DNA of 64,000 nt from the NCBI GenBank assembly GCA_025594325.1, contig JANHCV010000001.1, forward strand, positions 2,356,001 to 2,420,000, in the 5' to 3' direction. Made by a program: the position numbers and the translations under genes. This document shows positions 23,001-34,839 of the stretch, piece after piece. The stretch is from Blastocladiella emersonii ATCC 22665. Its lineage: Eukaryota > Fungi > Blastocladiomycota. How positions within the stretch are numbered: position 1 is the first letter of the stretch; every line of letters starts with the position of its first letter. The notes beneath the pieces are model-generated. The model had not been told where the DNA came from. It saw only the letters and a program-made list of their open reading frames with translations, and did not search any database.

Positions 23001-24075
23001 CGTGCTCACCAACACCATGGTCCGGACCGAGTTCCAGCCGACGTGGCTCGCGCTCATGTCCCCGCCATCCGTGGGTGACAAGTCGGCGCCAGCAGCAGCG
23101 GCGGTCGACGACCGCCGGCTCGTGTGGCTCCTCCTCCTGTCGCGCGTCATCACCATGATCGGCGCCGACGACGCGGCCGGGCTCACGGTCGGGTCGATCG
23201 CGCCCGACGTGGCGTACCTCGACATGGGCATGATCCTCTTGCGGCACCTCCTCCGCATCGAGCAGTTTGTCGCCGCGGCTCTCGGGGCGTGGGAGGACGG
23301 GTACCGCGGGTGGATCGCGGCTTCATCTTCGGCGGCGGTGGCGGAACCGATCTCGCCGCTCTCGCCCACGGGCATCCAGGTCAAGTCCGAGCCGCCAAGG
23401 CACCCGCTCAAGCGCTCGCACGCGGACATGGACGCCAGCGGTACTCCGTTCTCGCCCAAGTCAACGTTCCCGCGGCCACCCGTCCCATCGGACCTCGCAC
23501 CGCCGCCGCCGCCGCCGTTGCCGCACGTCGTGTCGCCCGTCAACCAGCTCGTGTTCACGCTGCTGCGGTCGCTCGAGCGCAACCCGGTCGCCATGGCGCG
23601 CAAGGCCGCCGAGCTGCTCAGCGAGGTGCTCCCGGCCATCCTCGCGTACCAGTCGACGGGCACGCGCCGCGCACGATCCGGCAGTATCTCGGGCGGGTCG
23701 GGCGGCGCGGGCGCTGCCAAGCGGCGACGCACGATGATCGGCGACGGCGGTGGGAAGGCCGTGCCCGCGCCGCTCTCCCCGCTCTCGCCGCCACCACCAC
23801 CACTGTTGCGTTCCGCGGAGGAGCGCGTGCGCGACCTGTACGAGCGGCACCGCGACCGGTGGGCCGAGCTCGGGCTCCCTTTCGCGCGCGCTCCCGAGAC
23901 AGCGGTAGCGGCGTGGTCGTCTTCATCCGCGCAGCAGCACGCGCCGCCGCTCGTCTACTGGCGCGCGGCGTACGAGCGGCTGACGGGGCTCGCGGTGCGC
24001 ACCGACCTCGACGTGTTCGTCCGCGAGTACTCGTACCGCGCGTTCGTGATGCTCGGCGAGGCCGGGGTCGCGTAG
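20035..24075 (+). CDS. SWI1: SWI/SNF ARID subunit (Swi1/Sol1/ARID1-like); intron 21796-21858
   Basis: PolyQ N-terminus; ARID domain LNHKALWDAVQALGGWDQLNSSKHWREIGNSLG..LKRHYLTMLLPLE; C-terminal region LDLGILQCQLASRLTHEMTAALNMLLVMS. Confidence 0.85.
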
Positions 24076-24364
24076 CGCCTAGCGCGTAGCGTGTGGTTCG
24101 TGGCCGCCGTGCCGTGGAGTTGTAAGTATATAATCTGGCTGGTTGTGGTGGATCTGACTTGTCTCCGAGATGTGTGTGAGCGGCGCGTCTCGCGCGTGGT
24201 GGCGTCGGCGGTGGCGCGGCCGCGAGTTCTCTTAGCCCGCTCGCCGCGCTGCTCTCTCCCCTCAACTAACGACCCGCCCTGGGTCGAATGCAACTGTAAC
24301 TGGCCGCAAGCGCCTCCATGTATCTCTGCCGAGCCATCGACGCGTGAACTTATCCCCCGAGAGA

Positions 24365-25610
24365 ATGAGGTGGCCAGCATCCTGGTCCAAGGACCGCAAG
24401 CGGCTCGCGCGCAACGGCCTCGCGCTCGCGTCGTGGTACCTCACGTCGACGCTGCTGAGGTACCATGCTGTATCAACGCCACGTACCCCTCGGTGTTGAC
24501 GCGTACGGCCGCAGTCTATACAACAAGCGCCTGTTTGGCGAAAAGTACCTCAACTTCCGCGCGCCCGCGGCGGCCAGCGCCGTGCACAACCTGATGCAGT
24601 TCTCCTTCTCGGCGCTCCTCATCCACGGCGTGTGGCGGAACAAGTACGCGGCGTTCCGCGAAAAGTTCTCCTTCTTCGACTGGCGCAGCGGGTACCTCGC
24701 GTACGTCGTGCCGACGGCTATCTGCACGGCTGCGGGTGCGTACCCAATGACTTGCGGCGTCGCGCGCGTCCCCGCTGACCTCGCAGCGGCCCGGCTAGGG
24801 TAGACGTGGCGCTGTCGAACACGTCGCTCAAGTACATCTCGATCGCGACGTACGTCATGGTGAAGAACAGCACGCCCATCTTCGTGCTCTTTTTCTCGTG
24901 GCTGCTCGGCCTCGAGCGGATCACGCCGCGCCTGCTGCTCATCCTGTCCATTATCCTGACGGGCGTGTGCATCGCCGTCGAGGGCGAGGTCTCGTACACG
25001 CCGTACGGGTTCGTCTGCGTCACGCTCGCGTCCGCCTTCAGCGGGCTCAGGTGGGCGCTCACGCAGTTCCTGATGCGGTGGCACGCGACGCGCGGGTCGA
25101 CGGCGGGCGGCGCGCTCGCGACGATGTATACCCTCACGCCGTTCTCGTCGCTCGTCCTCGCCGTCGCGTCGGCTGCGCTCGAGCCCAGGGATACAAGGAT
25201 CCTCGAGGGCGACGCGCAGCTGCTCTCGGTGCTCATCGCCACGGGGTTCCTCTCGTTTGCCATGATCCTGTCCGAGTTTCTCCTCATCCACGGGTCCTCG
25301 GTCCTCGCGCTGTCCGTCGCCGGTACGCTACACGGCATCGCTCCCCCACTGAACCACGCTGACTCTCTATATGCCAGGCCTCGCCAAGGAAATCGTGCTC
25401 ATCTCCGCGAGCATGCTGGTCTTCGGCGACCACCTGTCGGTCAACAACGTGGTCGGCCTGCTCGTCACTATGGGCGGCATCGCGTGGTTCAACCAGTACC
25501 GGTCAACGTCCGCCGGCAAGGCCGCCGCCGCTGCGGGCGAGATCACGTCGCGGCCCGGGTCGCCCGCGTACGCCATGGTCGCGACCAAGCCCGTCGAGGC
25601 TGAGCTCTAG
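24365..25610 (+). CDS. Triose-phosphate transporter family / SLC35C2-like nucleotide-sugar transporter; introns 24460-24514, 24736-24803, 25323-25377
   Basis: SLYNKRLF, DVALSNTSLKYISIATYVMVKNSTPIFVLFFS, SGLRWALTQFL, LSVAGLAKEI. Confidence 0.9.
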
Positions 25611-25738
25611 AGACACGCGTTGGTCATACATGATAGCTTGAACTTGCCGCCATGGATCTCTCGGACTTGATGCAACGTACTGGCCTCGGCGAAGATGGTG
25701 TGGACGACGCGAACTGAAACCGAGTGCGACGCGACGCG

Positions 25739-26912
25739 ATGAGGGTAGAGTGGCGCGACGAGCCGGCGCCCGCGGTCCTGTTCGTCGGCGGCGCGTACTT
25801 CGACCAGGTGCTGTACGTCGCCGAGTACCCCAAAGAGGACGACAAGCTGCGCGCGCTCGACGTCGCCAAGCGGCCGGGCGGGAACTCGATGAACTCGGCC
25901 GTCGTCCTGTCGCAGCTGCTCGACCCCACCACCGCGGCCGACGGCGGCCGGTGCGGGATCCTGACGGCGGTCGGGGGCCGGTCTTCGGACGTCCAGGAGT
26001 ACGCCGTCTTCCCCTTCCTCTGCTCGCTGTACCCGCCCTAACGCGTCGTTCCCCTCGTAGCGTTCTCGTCGCCACGGCGCGCGCACACGGCATCAGCTGG
26101 TACCCGGTCCCGCACGCCGCGCACTTCCACCCGACCGCGTGGATCCTGACGTCGCGCGCGACCGCCTCGCGCACCATCATCAACCATAACACGCTGCCGC
26201 AGCTGACCGCCGCCGAGATGCTCGCGTGTATCGCCGCGGCGCGGCCCAGAGTGCGCTGGATCCACTTTGAGGGCCGCACCAACACGGGCGACCTGCGCGA
26301 GGCCATGGCCGCGGTGGCGGAGGGGAAGGGGAAGGGGAAGGGGAAGGGGGACATGACGACGTCGCTCGAGCTCGAACGGCCCAACCGCGAGGGGCTCGAC
26401 GCCCTGATCGCGCTCGCGGACGTGGTGTTTGTCAGCAACGAGTTTGCGCGGTTCCACGGACGCGACGGCGATGTGCCGGTCGCCCAGGTCGAGCAGGTTG
26501 CGGACCCGAAGGGCATGGAGATGGCCGACGCGGACGCGGACCTCGTACGCCGCTCCGTCGCGTGGGTGGCCCGCTGGATGGTGCCGCGGATGCGCGCTGG
26601 GTACGTTCCCCGTCATTCCCGCCAGGGACTCTAGCTGACTCGCCCAACTGTTGTAGCGCGACCGCGTTCCTGACCCTCGGCAGCCACGGTGCCATCGCGG
26701 TGCACGCCGGCCGCGCGTACCACGCGCCAGTGCGCCGCGGGATCACGCCCGTGGACACGATCGGCGCGGGCGACTCGTTCAACGCGGGCGCGATTGCGGG
26801 ACTGCTGCGCGGTCTGTCGGTGCCCGACGCGCTCCGGTTCGCGGTGACCGTGGCCGGGGTCAAGGTCGCGCGCGACGGGTTCGAGGGGATCGGAGAGGCG
26901 GTCAAGGAATGA
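25739..26912 (+). CDS. PfkB-family sugar kinase, ketohexokinase-like; introns 25999-26060, 26601-26656
   Basis: YPKEDDKLRA, GGNSMNSAVVLSQL, RWIHFEGR, PfkB signature VDTIGAGDSFNAG. Confidence 0.9.
26322..26350 (+). repeat. (GGGGAA)n hexamer repeat coding GKGKGKGKG
   Basis: Five G4-5 runs separated by AA, read directly. Confidence 0.9.
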
Positions 26913-26940
26913 TTTGGTATATAATATATTGTCTGTCATG

Positions 26941-29658
26941 TCACCCTTTGGGAATCTCGAGCACGACGCGCGTCGCACACCGCGCACACCCGGCCATCCC
27001 GACGTGTACCGACTCGAGGAGCGCGCGGCGCGCGGTGCGCGGGACGGCGACCTGTACGACCACGGCTCCACCCGCATCCTCTTCCTCTTCGTCATGCTCG
27101 TGGTGCGAGTCGACCACCCGGATCACAACTCTTTGCCCACCGGCGTCGCCCGCAGCGAGCCAGTGGACCAGCTCGTGCACGGCGTGCGGCGCAGGCACCT
27201 CGTCGCTCCCCCACGCGTCGCCGGCGTCGCGCGGGAGGACGTCGATCTCGACGACCGCGAGCCCGGCGAGCGGCACGGGGACCGCCGCCGTCAGCGCGCA
27301 CCAGACCACGGCGCCCGTGCTCGGCCGCCACGCGAGACGCAGCCACCGCGGCGTCGGGAGGTGGGTCGCGACGGCGGGCGGCGGCGGGTTGTTAGCGGAG
27401 GCTGCCCCGGCGGCGGGTGGCCCGGGCGCGGGCAGCTCGCCAGGAAACTGCGACTCGGGCGCGACCGGCGCAGGGCTCGGTGCAGCGCCGAGCGTGGTCC
27501 CTGCGAGCGCTCCCATCGCGAACGGTCCCGCATCCGCGGGTCTCGGGGGCGGGAGCCCACCGGGGTGCCACGCGGCGGGGATCGACGAGGTGACGGCGTT
27601 ACACCCGAAGGCGTGTCCGATAGCGCACGCGCGGAGCCCGCGGATGCGCGAGATCCAGTCGACGGCGACGGGGTCGAGCACGCGCGCCGCGGTGCTGCCC
27701 TGGATGCGGAGCTTGGCGATCGCGACTTGGTCCGGGTCGAGCGCGCGGTGGAACGGCGGCCACGAGCCCGGGATGAGGACGGCGCCGGGCGGCGGCGCGC
27801 GCGGCGGGTCGGGTGTGCCGGGCCCGCTGCCGTTGGTGGCACTGGATGCGGCGCTCGGGCTCGTCACGGACGCGTCGTCGGGCGGCGGGCGGCATAGCGG
27901 GACCACGACCGTCAGCGCGTTGATGGTGCCGGTCGCGGTCACCGAGACCATCTCGGCGAGCGTCTCGGCGAGGAGCAGGCACCGGACCCCCGCGCCGAGC
28001 CGGACGCGCGGCGGGAGCGTGGTGGGCGAGACGACCGCGAGACTCGTCAGCCGGTCGGCGTGCCGTAGCCGCGCGATGACGGCGCGGCTCCCATCCTCGA
28101 CGTTGATGGCGAGGCTGACCCAGGTTGGCCAGCCCAGCGACGGGAGGACGAGCCGTGACACGGCGCCCATGACGCGCGACGCGCACCCGACGATCTGCAC
28201 GCGCAGGACGCTCGGCAGGGAGTATTTCCCGAGCCACGCGGCGAGCGGCGCGTTGATCGACAGGTCCGTGAGCACCGGGAACACGATGTCGCCCGGCGCC
28301 GGGTCGGCCGTCGGCGGCGCGCCCGCGGGCTCGAACAGCTCCATGGACGCGTCGAGTGTCGTCAGGTTCGGCAGCGCCGCGAGTGTTAGGATCTGCGCGC
28401 GGTGCAGGAACACTTCGGTGGTGCGGCCGCGCAGCGAGACCGAGGTCAGCGCCGCAAGCGAGACGGCTGCCGGGACGGGCGGCGGGTACGGGTGCGGAGG
28501 GCCTGGTTCCGCGCCCGGCGCCGCGGTCCCGTTCGCCGTCGCGCTCGGCGGCGCGGGCCCAAAGTGCGCGACGCGGTGGTGCTCGCGGTTGGCGGCAAAC
28601 GGCGACGCGGGAGCATCGAGGGCGAGGTGCAGCAGCCGGGGCGTGCGCGTGTACCCGACGACGCGGTTCCACAGGACGACATTCGTCAGAAGTCGGACGA
28701 GCGTCGAGAGCGTGGTGGGGAGGGACGCGGGCGGGAGCCACGACGGCTGTGCGGCGAGCGCGCTCGGGTACACGGCGAGGACGCGCAGGTTGCTGGCGGT
28801 CAGGTGCAGCAGGTAGTGCAGGACGCGCTCGTTGACGTCCACGTCGCGCGGCAGGACCAGCTCGCGCAGGCGCGGCATGCACGGCAGCTCCTCGAGGGTG
28901 CCGCGCGGCGTCAGGGCCGCCGGGAAGAAGGTGGCGTCGGCGCTCGCGGGCGGGGTCTCGACGACGTGCAGGCGCTCGAGCGCAGGGAACTCGAGGCGGT
29001 CGGTTTCGGTCGGCCCGCCGCCGACGTGCGCGTTGGCGAGGTGCAGGAAGGCGATGGACCGCACCACGAGGAACTTGAGGGTGCCGACAACCGTGGCGGG
29101 CGGGCGGAAGATGGCGTCGAGCGAGGCCTCGATGTCGACGTGCAGCTCGAGGCGCGTCAGGCGCGGCGTCGGCGGCAGCGCGGCGAAGAAGCGGGTGACG
29201 GCGGCGGCGGTGCGGGCGGGGATCAGCTCGGCGCGGTGCTCGGGGTCGTGCACGGCGAGGCGGCGGACGTAGCCGGCGGGCAGGCGGCGCGCGGCCTCGT
29301 CGGGCGGGCGCGCGCGGCCGCGCGGCAGCACCGAGACGTGCAGCTCCGAGGCGCCCGTGGCCGCGACCAGCGTCGGGTGCACGGCGACGTCGACCGTCTC
29401 CCACAGCACCACCTTGGCCGCGGCGCGCAGGCTGCGGCACGTCCGGCCCAGCTGCACCAGCGTGCGCCGGCGCGTCTCGGTCGCGGCGCGCGCCACGTGC
29501 CGCGCCACCATCACCAGCACCTCCTGCGGCAGCCGCGCCGTCAGGTACGTGCCGCACGGCGCGCCCGGCGGCACGGGCGCCAGCGGCGGGAGCCGGGGCG
29601 GGAGGCGGACCGTGTACGGCATGCTGCTGGGGGTGCTCGCCGCGAGTCGGTCATGCAT
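26941..29658 (-). CDS. Intronless F-box-like protein with degenerate LRR-like repeats
   Basis: LPQEVLVMVARHV..TLVQLGRTCRSLRAAAKVVLWETV, then FPALERLHV, PRLRELVL, LPNLTTLD, FPVLTDLSI segments. Confidence 0.7.
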   Translation of the reverse strand: MHDRLAASTPSSMPYTVRLPPRLPPLAPVPPGAPCGTYLTARLPQEVLVMVARHVARAATETRRRTLVQLGRTCRSLRAAAKVVLWETVDVAVHPTLVAATGASELHVSVLPRGRARPPDEAARRLPAGYVRRLAVHDPEHRAELIPARTAAAVTRFFAALPPTPRLTRLELHVDIEASLDAIFRPPATVVGTLKFLVVRSIAFLHLANAHVGGGPTETDRLEFPALERLHVVETPPASADATFFPAALTPRGTLEELPCMPRLRELVLPRDVDVNERVLHYLLHLTASNLRVLAVYPSALAAQPSWLPPASLPTTLSTLVRLLTNVVLWNRVVGYTRTPRLLHLALDAPASPFAANREHHRVAHFGPAPPSATANGTAAPGAEPGPPHPYPPPVPAAVSLAALTSVSLRGRTTEVFLHRAQILTLAALPNLTTLDASMELFEPAGAPPTADPAPGDIVFPVLTDLSINAPLAAWLGKYSLPSVLRVQIVGCASRVMGAVSRLVLPSLGWPTWVSLAINVEDGSRAVIARLRHADRLTSLAVVSPTTLPPRVRLGAGVRCLLLAETLAEMVSVTATGTINALTVVVPLCRPPPDDASVTSPSAASSATNGSGPGTPDPPRAPPPGAVLIPGSWPPFHRALDPDQVAIAKLRIQGSTAARVLDPVAVDWISRIRGLRACAIGHAFGCNAVTSSIPAAWHPGGLPPPRPADAGPFAMGALAGTTLGAAPSPAPVAPESQFPGELPAPGPPAAGAASANNPPPPAVATHLPTPRWLRLAWRPSTGAVVWCALTAAVPVPLAGLAVVEIDVLPRDAGDAWGSDEVPAPHAVHELVHWLAAGDAGGQRVVIRVVDSHHEHDEEEEDAGGAVVVQVAVPRTARRALLESVHVGMAGCARCATRVVLEIPKG

Positions 29659-29975
29659 GCGCTTCGTTCGCTCGTTGCGTTGCGGTGGGTGATCCGTGCG
29701 TGGGGATTCCGGGAGAGAGAGAGCGCGGTTCTGAGGGCGGGGGCGGTCGGCCGGTCGCCGCGCACAGGCATCAGGCATCGCACGGCACCCGAATCTGTCA
29801 CCACGCGTTAGTCATGCTGCTCCCTGCGAAGCATCGCGCGCGTTGGGCAACGCGCTCTCCTCGCTCGCTCGACGGGTGGTGGTGTGCTCCTCATTACACT
29901 TGGTTTGATTAGTTCGAGACGCGCTAGGATGAGAGTAGACTAGAGTGGGACAACAACGACGACAACACCATTCCA

Positions 29976-31447
29976 CTACTGGGCCTTCTTCTTGTCCTGG
30001 CCCTGCGGGTGCTTGATCGTCAGGCACCAGATATCGAGCTCGTCGCAGATATCGCCGATCACGCCGAGCGCGAACCGCGCGTACACGGTCATGGAGAAGC
30101 CGACCGACACCCACAGCAGCAGGCCGTCGTACTCGGCCGGCACCAGGCGCTCGCCGCCGCCCAGCAGCCACCCGGACGCCACGTTGCCGAGCGCCAGCAC
30201 CGCCGGGATCCAGTTGACGTTGCCGTACGGGTACGGCGCCTTGATGACGTGCGCCGTGATGATGCGCCCGACAAGGTGCCCGAAGAAGAAGGTCACGTAC
30301 AGCGTCAGCGGCACCAGGTGGTCGGCGATGATGGCCGGGTTCGACGCCGCCCACAGGTACACGAGCACCACGCTGATCGCGAACGGCGCCAGACCCGCCA
30401 GTGCCGCCGCGGGCGACGCGCCCTGCTCGCCGCGCAGCTTGCTAGCGCGCACCACGTTCACCGCCGAGTTGAAGATGTTGAGCCCGATCACCGCGAGGCC
30501 GAGCACCATGGTCGCCTCCATGAGCGTCACCGCGCCGTTCGACCCGGGCACCGCCTGCTGCCAGAACTCGGGCCCAAAGTAGCCCGTCACGAAGAAGGTC
30601 GCCACCACCATCAGGATCCCCTCGACCGGGCCAGAGAAGAAGCCGAGGTACAGCACGCCCGTGTGGTACTCTTCCCACGTCGTCAGGAAGAAGTTGGCGA
30701 GCGCTACGCGGGGGACATGGGTTAGATCGGGTTTCGCGTGCGAGTGGTAGGATGAGCGTACTCGAGGCCATGCTGAGGAGCATCCACCACGACTTGCCGT
30801 AGCCGAGCGCGGGCGCAACCGTGAGGACCGTGAGCTACAGGCCGTGCACGTTAGGCTGCTGCTGGGCGCCTCGAAGTAGTCCGCGCGATCGTACAGTGGT
30901 GTTGAGAGCATCGCAACCTGGCGTCGAAACAATCCGTTAGCAGCTGAGCACGCTCGCATAGCGGGGAGTAACGCGTACCGTGGTCAAAGAGCTCGCCGAG
31001 GGGACCCGACTGGCCGGTGCGGCGGGCCTGCTTGCCGTCGACTACGCGCGGACAAGGACGTCAGCATGAGGTCGCCGATGCCGTCGCTGCAGCATGTACG
31101 CACTGGCATCCAGACTCTGGTACATGAAGAGACCGAAGCCAAACCTACGCCTGAGAGGGTCAGGATACGGCCTTCTCACCCGAACTCACGCCAACGTACA
31201 GGTAGTAGCACCAGCTCGGCAGCGGCGTGACCAGGTCGGGCGAGAAGAAGAGCGTGAGGGCCACGTTCAGCAGGATGAACGAGAAGCCGATCAGCGTGAC
31301 GAGGTTGGGCGCCATCCACATGGGCACCAGCGTCACCAGCCAGTTCCAGTACGGCTGCAGCACGTAGCGCGACACGAGCGAGTGGTCGGCACCCGCGTAC
31401 TTGTACTTGCGCAGGTTGCCCCGCAGCTCGGCCGGAATGTACGCCAT
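29976..31447 (-). CDS. Choline/ethanolamine phosphotransferase (CPT1/EPT1 family); 6 exons
   Basis: YKYAGADHSLVSRYVLQPYW, MAPNLVTLIG, CDP-alcohol motif split by introns YQSLDA|VDGKQARRTGQSGPLGELFDH|GCDALNT, TWEEYHTG. Confidence 0.95.
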
Positions 31448-31700
31448 GGTCGTCGGTCGGTCGGCGTGGTTGGACTACTGTTTGCAATGAGCGAGCGATC
31501 CCGCGGGAGTGCGTTGCGTGAGGTTGCGTGGTGTTGATGCTTCGTGGCAGTTGGTGCGACTGGGCGACGAGAGAAGGGAGGGCGGCAGGCCTAGGTCGGC
31601 GGCGAATCCGCAAACGCGAGCAACGGAACGCCAGCGCCACACACGATGAAGTGGCAGAAATACCGCGCCGATCCTCGGCACGTGGGTCACATGTTTTCGG

Positions 31701-31710
31701 AACGCGTCTC
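31701..31710 (-). promoter_or_regulatory. Shared promoter motif GAGACGCGTT (EPT1/LPMO divergent promoter)
   Basis: Plus strand AACGCGTCTC. Confidence 0.4.
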
Positions 31711-32613
31711 CACTTTTCCGTCTCCTCGGTGGTGCAGCCAACGTCTCGTATCAAGCGCGACGACTCCTTGGCTAAGCCTCAGTTCATGCCGCCATGGCCG
31801 CGACGGCAGAGCCTCAGCTCGCGCCTCGATGGCCGCGGAGTGCTCGCCCGTGAAGCGCCTGGTGGCGACCAACGGAAGGATCAGCGGCCGATTCGTGGGT
31901 TTGGGCCGTTTGAGACGGCGCGAGCCGGCCACGCTGGAAGCAACCGCCGACGAGAAGCGAGGGATGCGACAACACAGGAGTCCTCAAAGGCCGCCGACCA
32001 CGCCGAGGTTGATGCCGTGGGTACATGAGGCGTCCGTCGCCGTGACGGGCTCCCTGACTGCCGCCTGGACGCTTGGACGGACACTTTCGCCCCAAAACGC
32101 GTCGAGGACTCCCGCGACATGACTTGACGTCAGCGAGGGACGCCGGTCGTGGCACGTTTACGCGACGAATATGGCATGGCGAAATCCCGCAGTTTCACGT
32201 TCCTAGAGAAGTACATTGAACCGCGTGCGGTCAAATGACCTAGAGACGACCGTCCTGCGGCCTGCGACGCGGCGCCCCGTTTCAAGTTCAGTGAGACAAC
32301 CTGCGTAGCTCTTGCACGACCTGGGATGAAGCATCGGAGAGATTTTATTCGTCGAACCCTAGACTCGCGCTAAGCCCGGCGCCCCGTCACAAATCGAGAA
32401 TAGCTTGAACAACGGACCACTATCCGCGGGGGCGGGGAGGGCGCGGCCAACGCGCCGTGGCCGTCCACGGACGTACAAATACCAGGCCTCCCCCCGGTCC
32501 TTGAAAGAGATTTTCTCAACCAAGACTCGCAAGCTAGACCGTAGACCGGACGCTGCCTCCTCACCGTCAATCGTAGACCGATTTCCTCCACCACCATCAC
32601 CTTCTCCATCACC

Positions 32614-33697
32614 ATGACCACCACCACCTACTCGTCGATTGTCGTCCTCCTCGCGCTGGTCGCGCTGGCCAACGGACACATGATGATGAGCGACCCCGCC
32701 CCGTGGGCCTCCAAGTTCAGCCCCGGTCCCAAGGGCCAGATCGACTACTCGTACACGTCGCCGCTCGGCAAGTTCCCGTGCAAGGGCTACGCGCCCCAGG
32801 CCTCGGTCAAGACCGTCAAGGCCGGCTCGTCCCTGCCCGTCACCATCATCGGCGGCGCGACCCACGACGGCGGTCACTGCCAGTTCGCGCTGTCGTACGA
32901 CAACCAGAAGACGTGGGTCGTTCTCGACACGATCATCCGCGACTGCCTCCGCCCCGGCACCGGCCCCTTCACCTACAACATTCCCATCCCTGCGAGCGCT
33001 CCTGGAGGCGACGCCTCGATCGCGTGGGCGTGGATCAACGCCGTGGGTACGTTATTTCGCGCGCTAGACGCGCGTACGGACCGTCTCTAACGATCCGGCG
33101 CGCGGAACAGGCAACCGCGAGTACTACATGTCGTGCTCGACGATCACGATCGACGGTCCCAAGGACGGCTCGATCACCGGCCCCGAGCTCCTCGTCGCTA
33201 ACCTCCCCGGCTTCCCGCTCCGCTTCCCCGAGTTCGGCGGCAAGGGCGACGACAAGCGCGAGCTGTTCGACCAGCGCAAGATCATCACCGTGCGCGGCAA
33301 CGGCTCCGTTGCGCCCGGCCCCGGCCCCGCTCCCCGCCCGACCTCGACCGCCACGACCGGCCCCCGCCCGACCTCGACCTCGGCTGCCCCCAAGCCCACC
33401 CGCACCGTCAACCCGCCCAAGCCGACCTCGACCTCGGTCGCTCCCCGCCCCACCCGCACCGTGAACCCGCCCCCGTACACTCGCTCGACCTCGTCGGCGG
33501 CTCCCAAGCCGACCACCAACCCCGGCAAGGGCCAGGTTGACGACGGCAAGGCCTGCACCGAGGGCCAGATGCGCTGCACCACTGACGGCAAGAAGATCGG
33601 CATGTGCAACCGCGGCAAGTGGATTGACATGGACGTGCCCGCTGGCGCTGCCTGCAAGACCGGCGGCGACGGCCAGGCCTTCATCGGCTTCGCCTAA
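32614..33697 (+). CDS. Secreted AA11-type lytic polysaccharide monooxygenase with P/T linker and 4-Cys X278-like module; intron 33047-33110
   Basis: Signal peptide ending ALANG then His1; HDGGHCQFALSYD; WINAV|GNREYYMSC; C-terminal CTEGQMRC..C.RGKW..VPAGAAC. Confidence 0.85.
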
Positions 33698-34839
33698 GTT
33701 TTCTCTCTCCGTACGCGGTTGATCCGCACGGATTTTAGTTCTACTCAGTAATGAATACCTTTTGCTTTTCAATCTCATGCTTGCGACCTGCTCTGAATGC
33801 CCAACGAGCGAGCGACGACCTGAGCGAGAGTTCGTCGTTCGCGTAGTGATACGACGTTAAGCAGGCCCGTGAACCTCGACGTTCATTAAATATCGCCTGG
33901 ACTGCGAACTGTCGGTTCAATGCCTCGAACATCAACGGAGAACAGAGCCCGCGTCGCTCACTCTTTGTGACGCAGCGGACCGATTCCAACATGGAGTCCA
34001 TGCACCGTATCCTAGCCACGAGTCGGGGAACGATTTTCTCAGCTAGCTCAGTCATATCGTGGAATCACGACCAGGACAACGCCTGTGATGCGCTGGTGTC
34101 GAGCTCGCTGCCCTGGGCCAGCTACCGTGCCCCGCGTCAGCGTGATCGTTGGAGTGATCCGCGACGATGCGCGGACTTTCCGTTGCAAAACCCGTCTGAT
34201 CATCGTTTAACTGCATCTCTACAAAGGTGACGCTGAGTGTTTACCTCGACGTACCTCGCCATGTAGCCCGTCCGTGGACTCGAAGTTGGATGGATCACTT
34301 GAAGCTCGCCGTCGCAGCTCCAACTGCGTCTGGGTGATCCCCTCGAGAACTGTTCCGGATCAACATAATTGGGCTGTCCCCGACACAAACTACGACGGTT
34401 AGTGACGAGATTTGATCAGGAACGTGGGCTCCGTGCTTCCACGCGCCGCGGCGACTTCGGTGGCCGGGGTCCTCGTGGGGCTCATGTCGGCGTTGGCGCC
34501 GCCGCCACTCGTGCGCCACCTTTTTAACAACTTCTCTCCCCGCCGAGCTGGAACCACTCGCTTCGACCTGCCCTCCAGACCGCGTAGCAACCTCAACTAC
34601 TTGCTGCAACTGCTACGCGACATCCGCGGTCGCCTGAATTCGGTCCAGTCTCGTCGCCGGCGGCGCCGGATACTCTTGCGGGCTGCGCTCGCCTCCTTCC
34701 TCGACCTCATACCCCTCCTCGTCGCTCCTCGGCGAAGCTTGCGTTTCCTCTGCAGTTGATCTGCCCCAGCACTCCCGCCCGAGCCTCGACGCCGCCTCCG
34801 TGACCGACACTACGCCACCCTCCCCGCGCCACCCACGCT

